Below are positions 1 to 11,648 of a stretch of 33,861 bases of DNA, in pieces (position 1 is the stretch's first letter; every line of letters starts with the position of its first letter). The translations under genes were made by a program, and so were the position numbers. Below the pieces are notes generated by a model that saw only the letters and a list, made by a program, of their open reading frames with translations, did no database searches and was not told the origin of the DNA. The stretch lies in assembly GCA_002104905.1 (NCBI GenBank), contig MCFE01000811.1:1-33861 (forward strand). The letters are read 5' to 3'. The DNA is from Basidiobolus meristosporus CBS 931.73 (lineage: Eukaryota; Fungi; Basidiobolomycota).

Positions 1-341
1 AGTACTGATCATAGATCCGGCGGAACATGAGTCTGCGCTGAGGATGGTCCCATATCATGCAATCCTTGAGCACCATCAAGTATCCAAGCGATATCCATCA
101 ACCCTTCCAAATCCAGGACAGCGATCAAATCTAGCAATCGAGGAGTGGGGATCCGATCCTTCAAGGGGATTTCTATTTATGGTGGGTGGAATCACAGCTT
201 TAATCAATTCTTGGAATATACAGACACAGCGTGCTACATGCTAGCGAGTTATATGATACATGACTAATCCACTGCCACAAACAGCGATATCCACGGGTGG
301 GAATAAGGTTTCGAAATCTATTTACCGGTGCTACAAGGCTG

Positions 342-2021
342 CTAGAACATCATCATTGCGGTTCTTCTTTTTCCAAACGGATAAACCAACAAACTAGCCA
401 CGAAGAGCCCGACGGCAATGCTCATCGCCACGACGATCATCTGGAATGCAAGGGTGGATCCACCACTGTCGCTGCTGCCGTTGCTGAAAAGAGCAAGGAA
501 CCCCTTCACTCCCATGCTACCAGGTACCAACAGCATCGTGGCACTAAGCACAGCAGCGAACCCAAACCTATGAGTGATGCGGGTATAAACGTTGCCCACA
601 AAGGCGATAACAAAGGCCGAAATGGCTGCGCTAACCTCAACCCCAAGGTGGCTCGATGTGAAATAGCTCACAACGAACCCGATGATGCACAGGGCGAGGA
701 TGGGCGGCCACTGGCGCCATGAGGCATTCAGGTAGACGCAATAGTTGATAGCAAGAAGAGGCAAGAGCAAGAAATCCCACAAGGGGTCGATCTGATGGTC
801 GACCGGGGGCGTGATGTGCTTGTCCCATGCTTTCCAAACGGTAGACCCAATGTTCAAGCCAAAACCAAGCATGAATGCGCTCGCCAGAGCAAACACCAGC
901 CTCACCACCCCAGAGATCAGATTTTTGGAACCAAGCTCAATCACCGAGGTGGTCAGCGACAAGCCAGGCAGGAGTAAGGTCACGCCCGAGAGCATCACCG
1001 AGTTGAAGTTGGCATGGCTATGGAGAGCAGTGGCCACGAAGGAGCAGATGATGGACGCAGTTATCTCGAAGACGTTGGAATAGTTGAAGATCTTGGTCGA
1101 AAGCAGGTTCAGGCAACCAACCACCAGACCAAGTGCACCGCTAATCAGCGCATCGATCCAGTTTCCATTGAAGGCTAGTGGGCAGATGAGAAACGAGCAC
1201 ATGGCGAAGTTGAGGATTTGAACCCACCAAGCGTAGGTTGGTGGCTCCTCCATCATGTCCTCTAGTAGCTCATAGGCAACCTCCACATGCATCTCGCCGT
1301 AGATTACCTGACGTGAGATCTCGTAGGTGCGTTCGAGTTTGTCCATATTGTAACCTCGGTCGATTTTGAGAATGTGAGTGTCGCTCGTGTGGGTATCTGC
1401 GTCGCCAAAAGAGATGAAAGCTACGCCGGGGAGAAACGCGAAGGACGACTCGATGTCCAAAGCATTGGACGCAAGCGACATGTTGTATTCCAATCGATGT
1501 GCTGGCGAGCCGAAAGTCACCATGGCTTTGGAGAGGACCTGGAGATAGTCTTGCTTCAACAACAGATCGGCTATGTTGGCCGTGATCAACATTTGCTCCT
1601 CTAGAGCAGCGGCAGAGAGCCCATCATCGGCAAAGCTGCTCCTATTGGAAGCAGGTAAGCTGTGGTTGCTCTTAAGAAACTCTCTTGGGTTAGGTGTGGG
1701 CTGGCCAGATCGGCTGTGGTGGCCACCTTTGATCATGCTAAGCTTTAGTAACTGAGATAGGATGCCACCGCCCGCGGACTCGGCATCGAAGCGATTTCTG
1801 TTGGCGGTGAATTTGGCCACCATTTCTTTGGCCTCAATGTTTTTCTGGATCATCGTCTTGTTGCGTTGCAAGGGGTTGACATCCTTCTGATCGGGGATGT
1901 CAACCGAAAGCGTGGAGGAGGAGTCTTTTTCGTTGAACTCCTGCACCCGGGTCTCCGTCGAGGAGTCGGTGTCGTCGCCCGCCACGGCGAACATGGTTTT
2001 TATGGGCTGGGGGCCGGGCAT
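342..2021 (-). CDS. PRM10: ThrE/DUF1212-DUF3815 family multi-pass membrane exporter (Prm10-like), about 559 aa, single exon
   Basis: Long ORF; first ATG at 2021 (track start 2048 is TTG). Soluble N-terminus, then FGSPAHRLE, FLPGVAFISF, LLPGLSLTTSVIEL and LVPGS motifs and about 10 hydrophobic helices typical of fungal Prm10/ThrE proteins. Confidence 0.88.
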   Translation of the reverse strand: MPGPQPIKTMFAVAGDDTDSSTETRVQEFNEKDSSSTLSVDIPDQKDVNPLQRNKTMIQKNIEAKEMVAKFTANRNRFDAESAGGGILSQLLKLSMIKGGHHSRSGQPTPNPREFLKSNHSLPASNRSSFADDGLSAAALEEQMLITANIADLLLKQDYLQVLSKAMVTFGSPAHRLEYNMSLASNALDIESSFAFLPGVAFISFGDADTHTSDTHILKIDRGYNMDKLERTYEISRQVIYGEMHVEVAYELLEDMMEEPPTYAWWVQILNFAMCSFLICPLAFNGNWIDALISGALGLVVGCLNLLSTKIFNYSNVFEITASIICSFVATALHSHANFNSVMLSGVTLLLPGLSLTTSVIELGSKNLISGVVRLVFALASAFMLGFGLNIGSTVWKAWDKHITPPVDHQIDPLWDFLLLPLLAINYCVYLNASWRQWPPILALCIIGFVVSYFTSSHLGVEVSAAISAFVIAFVGNVYTRITHRFGFAAVLSATMLLVPGSMGVKGFLALFSNGSSDSGGSTLAFQMIVVAMSIAVGLFVASLLVYPFGKRRTAMMMF

Positions 2022-3069
2022 TGTGGGGTAGGGTATGGATGAAAGCAAAGGAAAGTACGAACGAAGATATGACCAGCAAGAGGATTGCGCTGCAATGGAC
2101 CTGCGGCCTCGGGGGACGGCCAGCTGGCTTTTATTCTCGCGCCAGCGTTTCTCTTGTTTCCTTTTTCAATGATCGGTGATGGAAAGAGAATTATTACTCA
2201 CCATATGAGTGTTTGATAAGAGTGAGGTCGAGTTATTTTTATTTCGTCCTACTATATACACGTCTAGCTTAAGGTGCCCTCCAAATATGGCATGCAGCAT
2301 TATGGGGGCTGCTCAACCGCTATCCGTTCAAATGAATGCTAATATTGGCGCTTCGTGCTGCGAATTCATTTCGATAGCCCCCCCCTCATTCACATCAATC
2401 ACATTCAATATTCATATCACGTATCCATTCTAATATCCAGCGGAGCCCGTCGATCAGATTCCTGACCTTCCATCCACAGCGAGAACTAGAGCCATGCGGT
2501 GGTACAACATCGGGGCTATCCTGCTTACGGTGGTCACCGAACTGTTTGTAGTGACTTGGGAGGATAGAGCCGCCCAAAAACCCGATGTACCCAGGCCTGC
2601 ATCCGGTCTGCAAGTGGAGAAATTTAACCCAAAAGAGCGAATCTCAGGGGAACTAGATTGGCTCGTTTATCTGCAAAGAAGCCTTGGATATTCTGCTGAG
2701 TGGCTGATTTGATATGGCTCCATTGACCTAAATCTCGGCCCCATTCCTGATTGGTGGTGGCTGATTAAGCGTACATGCGCTAGTCAGTACTGGAATCGGG
2801 TTGGTTTAATCTACTTTCTGACCACATGAGTGGGCCCGAGAACCCGGTTCCTCTAGACGCGAAGCTGCGTTGAAGGTGTTGGTTTGGGAAGTCCCACTCA
2901 GAGTGAGCAACCAAAGGCGATGAACTAGTGCCCCAGTCTATTGGATTTTTATTTGCTCAATAAGCTAATATGAAACATTGGGGGAATGAGTACAGATCAA
3001 TGTTATGTACAAATGGTTACTATAGTGTAGCAAAAATGCTCATTCCGTCCCCATTATTAACGATTACTC

Positions 3070-5109
3070 TTAGGAAACGACACAATCGCCTTGGTCATGC
3101 TTCTCCTTCCTTCGCATGGTCCCTATATCTCGTCTCAGTGGGGTTGCGCTGGAGCCGTTGGCTAATCTTCGCTGCGCGTCCTGACTACCGTGAGCAGCAG
3201 CCTTGAGGTACCAGTTGTTGGCATTATGGGGATCCATTGGAACTCCAACCCCAACCTCGTAATAATAGCCCATCGCGAACTCCGCCTTGGGCAAGCCTTT
3301 TGAGGCAGCTTGGAAGCACCAATTGTAGGCTAGATCATCATTTTGTTCAAGGATCCCTTCAACTCCACTAGCAAACCAACCGCTCAAGCCCATCTGGCAA
3401 TCCGGATTTCCCCTCTCTGCGCCTTCTCTATAGTACTCTATCGACTTTGCAGGGTCCACAGAATAACCAAGCTCCCCAAATTCATAACAAGCACCTAGTC
3501 GGAACAGAGCAGGACTGTACCCTAGGCTCGCAGCCTTTTCTACGTATTCCTGACCCATTTCCAGATCATGGTGAAGTGTACTAATGTCCACTTTTTTGAA
3601 GTCACCGGCAAGAATAACGCCATAAAGATAAGCACCGTCAGGACAATCCACATTAGCCTCTTTCGCAGAGCGAGCCAAGTAGAGCATAGCCTGGTTCAAA
3701 TGCTGCTTGAGCTTGATTTCCCCATAAAGATATGCAGTACCTAGTCTATAGTTAGCAGATACATCGCCACTACTGGCCGCCTTCAGATAAAACTGCACGG
3801 CTCTGCTGTATTCCTTCCGTCGCTCGTAAAACTCTCCCACCTTAAAAGTGGCTTTGACAAAGCCACACTTCGACGAGCTTTTGTAAAGGGAGAGGGCTTT
3901 GTCGAGGTTCTGTGGGAATTTATACATCCCTTTCTCCAGCCAGGTGGCAAAGATATACATGGCCTCTGGATGGCCCGCTTTTTGCAATCTTTTGATCCAG
4001 AAAATCGCCTCATCGAGCAGCTTCTTGAGCGCGGGGTTACCATCCTTAGCATTGGGGTCGCCAAAAATCGTGGATGAAGAGATCAAGTATTTAGCAAATT
4101 CCAATTGAATCCTAGGATCGTTGGTTTTTTTGGCCGTCTCCCGGTACATGCCTAGGGCGGACTCTTCATTCACCAGGGTTAGGGAGGTACGTTGAGCCGC
4201 GGCTGACATTAATCGCTTTAACGGAGTACTATGGCCAGGTGGGTTAAGTGAGGTGGGATTACGGTGGTTACGATGGTTACAGTTAGGTTTACTTGGCGGA
4301 AAGTCTTTTGGACGAAGTTCGAGGATTGATGTGGGTCTAGAGGGCGAACACTCGGAACTAATAGCCCTACTTCGAGGGGGCTGATAATCATCCGAAGCCC
4401 AAGAATCATCCGAGTTGCGTCTAATGAATGCATGATTATTTACCGATGAATCCGAGCGGCTGTAGTGAGTCGATTGAATAGGATGCAGTGGATTCTGGTT
4501 TTCTTGGTTACTGCCCGATCTATCCAGACTGGAATTTGTCTTGTTACGAATGGGTGGAATGGTGTTGGAGCGATTTTGATGGATTGATATGCTGTGGTCT
4601 GAATCAGGTGATACACCAATCTGGGCATATCGTCCCCTTGGCTCTTTATCCGAATCCATGCGCTCCGCTGTTTCTTTTGAGGAATCGTCTGGTAAATACG
4701 TCTCAGCCACTTCCGTTACCGGGGAGGCTAATACGAGCCCGCTAGATAGTGCGCACCGTGTGGTCTGTCTATTCGGCGTTAATATTGCACTTGGTGGAGT
4801 GAGTATGCTCAGGGAAGAGTTTGTCCTTTGTGCGGGCTCAGTTCGGAGAGGATCTTGAGCTAGGTAAATAGGTGGGGAGAAGCTGGCTTCGATACAAGCG
4901 GGAGTGGGACACTGCTTGGCTTGGTTTTCTGAAGTCACTTGTGCACATCCGCTGCCAGGCTCTGCGGATATCAGTTTTGAATTTGTCAACGGGTGCTTTG
5001 GAGTAGAGCTCCACATATTTGTTGAGGGAAACGGTCTAGGACCTGCCGGTCTCCTTGAACTGCCGGATACCAGAGGGTTATTCGAAACAGGGCTCTTGGG
5101 CAAAAGCAT
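3070..5109 (-). CDS. SKT5: Sel1-repeat chitin synthase regulatory factor (Skt5/Chs4-like), 679 aa
   Basis: S/P/N-rich low-complexity N-terminal half, then about 7 Sel1-like repeats (e.g. PEAMYIFATWLEKG, SPALFRLGACYEFG, PKAEFAMGYYYEVG). C-terminal CaaX prenylation motif CVVS-stop, as in Chs4/Skt5. Confidence 0.82.
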   Translation of the reverse strand: MLLPKSPVSNNPLVSGSSRRPAGPRPFPSTNMWSSTPKHPLTNSKLISAEPGSGCAQVTSENQAKQCPTPACIEASFSPPIYLAQDPLRTEPAQRTNSSLSILTPPSAILTPNRQTTRCALSSGLVLASPVTEVAETYLPDDSSKETAERMDSDKEPRGRYAQIGVSPDSDHSISIHQNRSNTIPPIRNKTNSSLDRSGSNQENQNPLHPIQSTHYSRSDSSVNNHAFIRRNSDDSWASDDYQPPRSRAISSECSPSRPTSILELRPKDFPPSKPNCNHRNHRNPTSLNPPGHSTPLKRLMSAAAQRTSLTLVNEESALGMYRETAKKTNDPRIQLEFAKYLISSSTIFGDPNAKDGNPALKKLLDEAIFWIKRLQKAGHPEAMYIFATWLEKGMYKFPQNLDKALSLYKSSSKCGFVKATFKVGEFYERRKEYSRAVQFYLKAASSGDVSANYRLGTAYLYGEIKLKQHLNQAMLYLARSAKEANVDCPDGAYLYGVILAGDFKKVDISTLHHDLEMGQEYVEKAASLGYSPALFRLGACYEFGELGYSVDPAKSIEYYREGAERGNPDCQMGLSGWFASGVEGILEQNDDLAYNWCFQAASKGLPKAEFAMGYYYEVGVGVPMDPHNANNWYLKAAAHGSQDAQRRLANGSSATPLRRDIGTMRRKEKHDQGDCVVS

Positions 5110-6148
5110 CAGAGGATTAATTTAGCTACGGAAATAGTAAGGGATTGGCGTGTATATAATATAAGCCGTCATGGAAGGTCCAGTGAACATAAATACACCA
5201 GAGCGATTGAGGAAACTTGGCAAAGTGCGGCTAAATGTTGTTAAACTATATAGGTCGCACTATACTATAAATGGAGACCTACGAAATTCAAGCCCGTGAA
5301 GATGACGGTTAAAAAGCGAGCTTGGCAAATGTCGAAACTATATGGTAGCTATGACCTAAGCAAATCAACAATCCGTCAAGTGTCAGCTAAATGATGTGTG
5401 TGCATTTAATCAGATTCAGTTTAACCACTTGTCCGAATTTGTGTCAGATTCGTATCTCTTACTCATCCCCAGGCCTCAATCGTATCGAACAGCACACCTC
5501 GCCTGTCCCAACACACCTCACTAGTTGCTGACAACACACTCCATTCCAACATTCGAGGGCTGGGGTGACGAGTTCACGTGGCTCGTAACAACCATTGAAA
5601 CAAATGAGAAACAAAGATGATGCAGGTGGCCGGTAAATAACCGAAAAGCAAACAAAAAAGGAAAACCGCCCTAGAGCGCAGCGCGTTTGGAAATATGTTG
5701 AGGCATTTGATTGCTCGATTAATGGGAAACATGGGATGTCAGAAAGGGCCTGACCGGGTATACGGCAATACACGGGCATCCCAGCCGAAGATATATTTGG
5801 TAGTTGTCAAGCTATTATGAGGGATTCCGAGTAAACATCAATTGGATCAGACGCTGGTTTGAATCTTTCTAGCTCCTCAGTTTCGAATTCCAGAATTCGG
5901 TCACATAGAAACAATTAGGTACCTGTCGAAAATCTCGATCGAATGGCATCATCCATTCCTATGTCGTATATTATTGTACTTGACTAGCTATTCAAAGGGC
6001 GTTTTCCATAAAACTGTGTATCTATAATATCCAGCTAATTTGGGTCAATCTGCTGATCACGAGCAATTATTTCTCTCTTACCCGAGTTCCCTTTAAAAAC
6101 CTTCCCTGCTCTGCCTGAGGAGTTTAATTTTTAATCTTCTCTGTAACT

Positions 6149-7347
6149 ATGTCTTGTACGTAAGCCTTCTTCTATCATGCGTCGTCCTTGCGCTGCGCTC
6201 GAACTAACCGCCTTTTTCTATGTTTTACTTTCCAGCGATTCATCTGGCCTGCGATATCGCCAAGAAAAAGGGGATCCCTTTGATGCGTCCTTTGGGGAGT
6301 GAGGATCTGAAATGGACTTTGGCAGGTGGTTCAGCCACTGAGAGCGCCACCTTCTACATTAAACTTGACGACGGCGGTCTATTGTTCGTTCAACTGGCCC
6401 ACTCCAGCATTGGGTATGATGGTTTCTACTACCACTGTGTTCTTCCGAATGATTTCTAATCTTGTGTTTGTAGCTTGAGCCCTACCGTTCAAACCACCGC
6501 CCAATATCTTTCTGATGGCATCCACAAATTTGAAACTCTCAATCGCTCCTCCCGAACTTTCAAAACCTCCCCGGATAAGAGCTCGGTTTCGGTTGAAGGT
6601 CTTTCCATTCAAAACAACCCCAAGAATCGCGGTTTAGACGTCAAAGCTTCCATCAACAGCTTGAACGTAGATTTCAAGTTCTCCATCGTTGACTGCGGCT
6701 TCCAGATCGGCGAGGGTAAAACTTTCTTCAGAGAGATCACTGCAACAAATTTCATTTGCCACCAATCTTTCCCCAAAGGTTTGGTCGAGGGCACTGTTAC
6801 AATTGACGGCCAGACTCGTCAAATCTCGGGCCAAGGGTATTATATCCACGCTGTGCTTGGTATGAAGCCTCACGAAGTAGCAACGAAGTGTAATCTTATT
6901 ACACTTCAAAGCGGGGACAACGCCTTAAGTTTACTCCACTTCGATACGCCCAATTGCTTTGACAATATTCCTGTTACCCAATCATCTTTGATCTTGAACA
7001 ACAAGCTGGTGGCCGTGACAGTACAGAATACTGCCCGTTATGTCACTACCAAGACTGACCCAGAGAACGGTTATGAGGTTCCCACTGAGGTTCATTATAC
7101 CATGGACGGTGACACGGTTGATGGAAAGCCGTTCCATTGCGAAGCCACCATCAAGTTGTCGAATTTACTGACCAAGGTAGATGTACTGAGCGAGCTGCCC
7201 TATATCCTCCGCAAAATCATCCAATATCTTTTCACCAAACCATACGTCTATCAATATTACGACGATGCTGAGGTTGTGGCCACAATCGGGGATGAAAAAG
7301 TCACCTTCGATGGCAGAGCCTTCTTCGAGTGCTCGTTTTTGAATTAA
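6149..7347 (+). CDS. SVF1: Svf1 family (survival factor 1) protein, about 352 aa; exons 6149-6155, 6236-6413, 6474-7347
   Basis: Introns 6156-6235 (GTACGT..ACTAAC..CAG) and 6414-6473 (GTATGA..CTAAT..TAG) join ORFs 6220 and 6475 in frame. EDLKW..ATES.TFY..VQLAHSSIG/LSPTVQ and the C-terminal LSELPYILRKIIQYLFTKPYVYQY match Svf1. Confidence 0.88.
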
Positions 7348-9654
7348 CAGCGCTCACCGCGTGTCCTCCTTCGATAGCTCTTCATCTCAAACGTCCTTTG
7401 TCACCCTCTCATAATGACATGTTACACATTTAGAAATTTTGAAGTACACTTCGACGCTCCCACTCATTTCCCGCACCTTACAACATTGTATTAAAGAATC
7501 ATACGAGTGAAGTAGATCAAACTTTGATTCATCCTTACGTAATGAAGAGAACATTCAGTACGCAAAGGTACAGGGTTGCATCAGATATTCGAAGTGTATC
7601 TAGGATTCCCAACGAATGCGACCCCTGTTATGGGAATGTAATAAATTCCTTTTTGGGGGGCTTTTAATTCGATAGTCCTAATCAGTACAACTGTAAGGCT
7701 ATCAATCGATATAGTCTCATTGGAAAAAGCCAATGGCATCCGGCACGGGTGAGTCATCATTGGTTGGTTTCGTGGGTCTTACACTAGGCAAGGAAGTGGC
7801 GTTATGTCGGAATGATTGGAGTTGATTAACCCTAAATCGAGGATTTCTTGGAGATAGCAGGGCAAGCGCCAACCCCAGTGCAGGTGCCAGTGATGATAAT
7901 TCATTCATTCCAGTTTTAGACACGAATGGCCATCAAATGACAAACCTTCTTAACTACTCTGACAAATGTGTGCTCATTGATGCCTATTGCCACCTCTCCA
8001 TCCCGGTGGTACATAATCCTGGCAGAAATGGCAACATTGCAGGGCAGAGGGCCAGCAAAGGGTATTGTTACCTGCGCTACTAGTGGAGCTGCATTCTGGA
8101 TGTCCTACCCCCTTCATTCCGCCCTGCCTGGCCCAGAAGCGTGTGTACAGGCAGAGTAAGCAGAGAAGGAGGCTCAGCAATGCCCTTGCTCCCAAACAGG
8201 CTTGCCTTATCTTGGACACCAACACTGACAAATGCCAAGGCAAAATTGGCCTCTTCGAATTGGTGGACCGTGCCATCGAATAGGCGTAGGTGAAATGTGT
8301 ACTGGCCATTCCGTCAACTGAACTTGTCATCATGATCACTGCTGACAATTCGTCAAGAGTTTCATTTTGGTCAAACGCACTTCTGCCTTGTCAGTTCAAA
8401 CATCGCGACATGAAATCAGGCCAACAGAGACAGCCTATTCTGAGGCTAATACATAACCTGTCTCAGAGGGAGCCATCATTTTCTCCGATGTCAAGATTGG
8501 GTTAGAACTTACGATCCCCAGTTGCCAAGATTTCCAAATGGATGCAGTGGTCAGAAATAGGGCAGCCGTTCCCAATAGAACGGACCTGCGCATGTTTCAA
8601 GTCCATCAACAATGCTATGATGAAGTGATTGTTTCGTTCATGGCGCTCAGTATTGTTGGACGATTGCAATGGGTTTGGATCAATGTGTTCTATTTCTCAC
8701 CGTCCGATGACATATGACATGAATTCAGGAAAAATCGATGGATATGGTAATTCTCCTTAGACCAACCAGTCCTAGCTCGATGGACTTCCCCTCGCAATTC
8801 GCCCACCTAGAAATCTCCCAAGTGAGACAAGCAGCGCCCACTAAAAGGCAGGTAAACTCAATGACTCTGATGCTCCAAGACAGCCTCTAATTATATACTT
8901 CTAAACCCATGATGGGCGGTGGGGTTAGAGGGCAACTTTATCAAATGATGCATGGGTAACAAAGGGGGCGGGCGAGGGGAATGACCAACGGGAGTGGGAG
9001 GATCCTGGCATCCTGAGCAGGAAAAACCTGCTTTGCAATCCGGGATGAGGCTTGGAGCCGAGTTACCATTGCTCCGCCCGTGACCCACGACCCACGGCTC
9101 ACTGCACTATGCTTCATTCTCCATGCCCTGCTCTCTGTCCATCAACCCCCATAGGATAGGAAATCCCCATAGTGATGGCCAGCATTAGCATGAAAATCTC
9201 GTTCATTACTCATCTCTCTGATGATCGATTCATACTCGGTGTGACCTGGCTGCGATTGGGTGATCTTCATACAGTCAGCACGGAATCTCTGGTTTTAGAG
9301 AGTTCAAAAGGGTTGGCGGTCTTGAGTGCTTACTTTATATTGGATTTAGATGCTTGGCTTATATTGGATTCAACCCAAGGCCGTAAGACCAATCAGCTGG
9401 GGGCAAATTACCGGGTTTCCTACAAACATCGAGGAGTTCGCCAGAAAGGTGGGTTTTTGGGCAACATTCGGCTCTCCTCCTCATTGTTCGTGCGATCTCA
9501 ATGAGGATAAACAATGCTGTGCCGAAGATTCTGCACCCTATAAATAACGGGCGTACCTTCGCTCGGACACCCAATCTATCTTTTCCTCCCCCTCTTAGTA
9601 ATTAGGTTGTGTTATCAAGTAACAGTAGCTGCGCACACACACCAAGATCCAGAT

Positions 9655-10488
9655 ATGAATGTACAGCAAACGCCAACCTCTCTTCTCCCAAAGAAGAAGA
9701 ACTTTCGGGGGCGAGCCGGTGAGCCACACAAACCGAAAGTGTTTCAATGTACCTTTGGTGATTGTCGGATGGTCTTCACAAGGGCCGAGCATCTGGCAAG
9801 GCACGAACGCAAACACACGGGAGAAAAGCCCTTTCAATGCATTATCCCCAACTGTAGCAGGATATTCAGTCGATTCGACAACATGATGCAACATGTTCAG
9901 ACACATAGCAGTAGGTCTGGGAAGCCTCCGCTTTCTGGCTTGATGAGTAGTTTGTCATCGGGGAATCGCAGAAAGAATTCCGCCAAATCATCCAACGCTG
10001 CTTCCCAACTTACCCCAGGCCTGTTCCAGTCCATGGGAATCCCGTTGCTGCCGAGTGAACCACTACTTCCTCCATTCCAGCCCATGCTGGATCCCACATT
10101 CTACCCGAAATTGTCTCCGGTCACGGAGCTCAAATCAATCGACATGTTCAAGCATTCCTCTATTGAAAGTAGCATGTTAAAACGCCGGTTCTCCCAGCCA
10201 CATGCCGTTGCTTACCAACACGAGTTCCCACAAAAGCGTCGCTTATCACTTGACCCCAGTTTATTGGTGTGCGTACAGTCAGCAGGAGACTCGAACCCAT
10301 CAGCTGGCGAGGGTGAAACCCCCTCTCCGCAGGACAGTATGATATCCTATTCAAAGGGCCCGTATCACAACCTCACAGTGGTCAGCGAGGAGGGGCCTAA
10401 TTCACCCGATGCCACTCCCAATCAACTGACATACGGTCGTGGGCCTTCTAGGAGGCTTTCTGTCATGGGCGTATGTAATTCACCATGA
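9655..10488 (+). CDS. C2H2 zinc-finger transcription factor with two fingers (Usv1/Nsf1/Rgm1-like finger pair), about 277 aa
   Basis: [55 protein letters not shown] followed by an S/P-rich tail. First ATG at 9655. Confidence 0.88.
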   Translation: MNVQQTPTSLLPKKKNFRGRAGEPHKPKVFQCTFGDCRMVFTRAEHLARHERKHTGEKPFQCIIPNCSRIFSRFDNMMQHVQTHSSRSGKPPLSGLMSSLSSGNRRKNSAKSSNAASQLTPGLFQSMGIPLLPSEPLLPPFQPMLDPTFYPKLSPVTELKSIDMFKHSSIESSMLKRRFSQPHAVAYQHEFPQKRRLSLDPSLLVCVQSAGDSNPSAGEGETPSPQDSMISYSKGPYHNLTVVSEEGPNSPDATPNQLTYGRGPSRRLSVMGVCNSP

Positions 10489-10624
10489 GTACCCGCAGTC
10501 GAGTGCCCATGACACGATTTGGTTTGATTTGTAGATCCAATCAACCGCCCATACATCATCCATCGCCCTCAACCATGATTTGAATCCAGTAATCTTGTAG
10601 ATACAATCTCTTACACCCTCGTCC

Positions 10625-10644
10625 ATATATATATATATATATAT
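10625..10644. repeat. (AT)10 microsatellite downstream of the C2H2 gene
   Basis: Read directly from the sequence. Confidence 0.95.
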
Positions 10645-11648
10645 TCTATTTCCTTGCCTTCCAGTTATGGTTTGTATGTTATCCCATCTCATGGCCACTC
10701 CTAAAATAAACTTACTGTTTGTGTATGATAACTTGCAGTGTAACGTCTGCTGAGAGCAATTGGTCAGGTCTCGAGGAGCAATCTTAGTAATCCGTAACTA
10801 CCGCACTTCCATTTCAACACCCGCATGAGTCACCGCTCTCTGCGGTTGCTGGTTCAGGGACATATGGGGTGGTGATTAGATGATTCCTCATCTCAGGAAC
10901 AGACACAATGGGTGCCTTGACTACCTGCCCAATGGTCCTTCCCAAAATGGCGAAATACCTTGCGTCAGAACGCAAAGGAACCGTCCTAAGCCACCTGATC
11001 TTTGGACTGGCAATTGATCGGTCGATGGCTTAGTGATTTGGGTGTGGTGTCTCTACTTGAATGGGTCGCACGAATGCAGTGTGCCGTTGCGCAGACGAAT
11101 ACTATGGTTGATCGGGTGAGCATCATGTTCCTCGGAAGGGTGGCACCATCCAGCGAAATATTCCCAGCCAACAGGTCGCTGGTCTCAGGAGAGAACAAAG
11201 GTATCGGCGTCCGCGGGGGGAGTTTTGGAACCAGCCAGTATCGGCCAGGAAAGCCGTTATCTACTTACCCAGGCTCGTATCAAGGAACCTTGGATGATTC
11301 ATTCCCTGTGCCACCCAACCGGATTTCCATTTCGGCCAGGTGACGAGTATTTTATGTAACTGAACGACACCGTCGCCAACCGGACTGGAGCTTGTCAAGT
11401 GACACTTGCTCCGACAGGTGGCATCTGTTCCAAGAACGCAGCCTGCGCCGCACCCCCCCCGTTTCCCACTCTTCGTCGGGCTCAGCCATCGCATACGAAA
11501 TAGTCTAGTCCAGCCACGCGTTCACCTGGGGACCCCGGATTGGATTGGTAGGTAGGAGTTTATTTTGTATAGTAACAGCAGTATGAATTTAGATTGTATA
11601 CAAGGAATCAACAAAACCACTCGAAAAATTTCGGTCCATCTATGTTTC

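Noticed and set aside
1-300. GATC/GGATCC-rich stretch, with a similar one at 14980-15350
   Set aside because: No regular period or convincing alignment between the two; cannot be called a repeat family.
297-1755. Plus-strand ORFs overlapping the Prm10-like gene (e.g. 297-722)
   Set aside because: Antisense shadows of a well-supported CDS.
7570-7630. Short imperfect inverted repeat ACAGGGTTGCAT / ATGCGACCCCTGT
   Set aside because: About 12 bp with mismatches and no TSD; compatible with chance.
7700-8700. Minus-strand ORF 7974-8348 and a 60-codon open segment ending at a GTAAGT donor near 8510
   Set aside because: No consistent spliced model or recognisable domain could be built.
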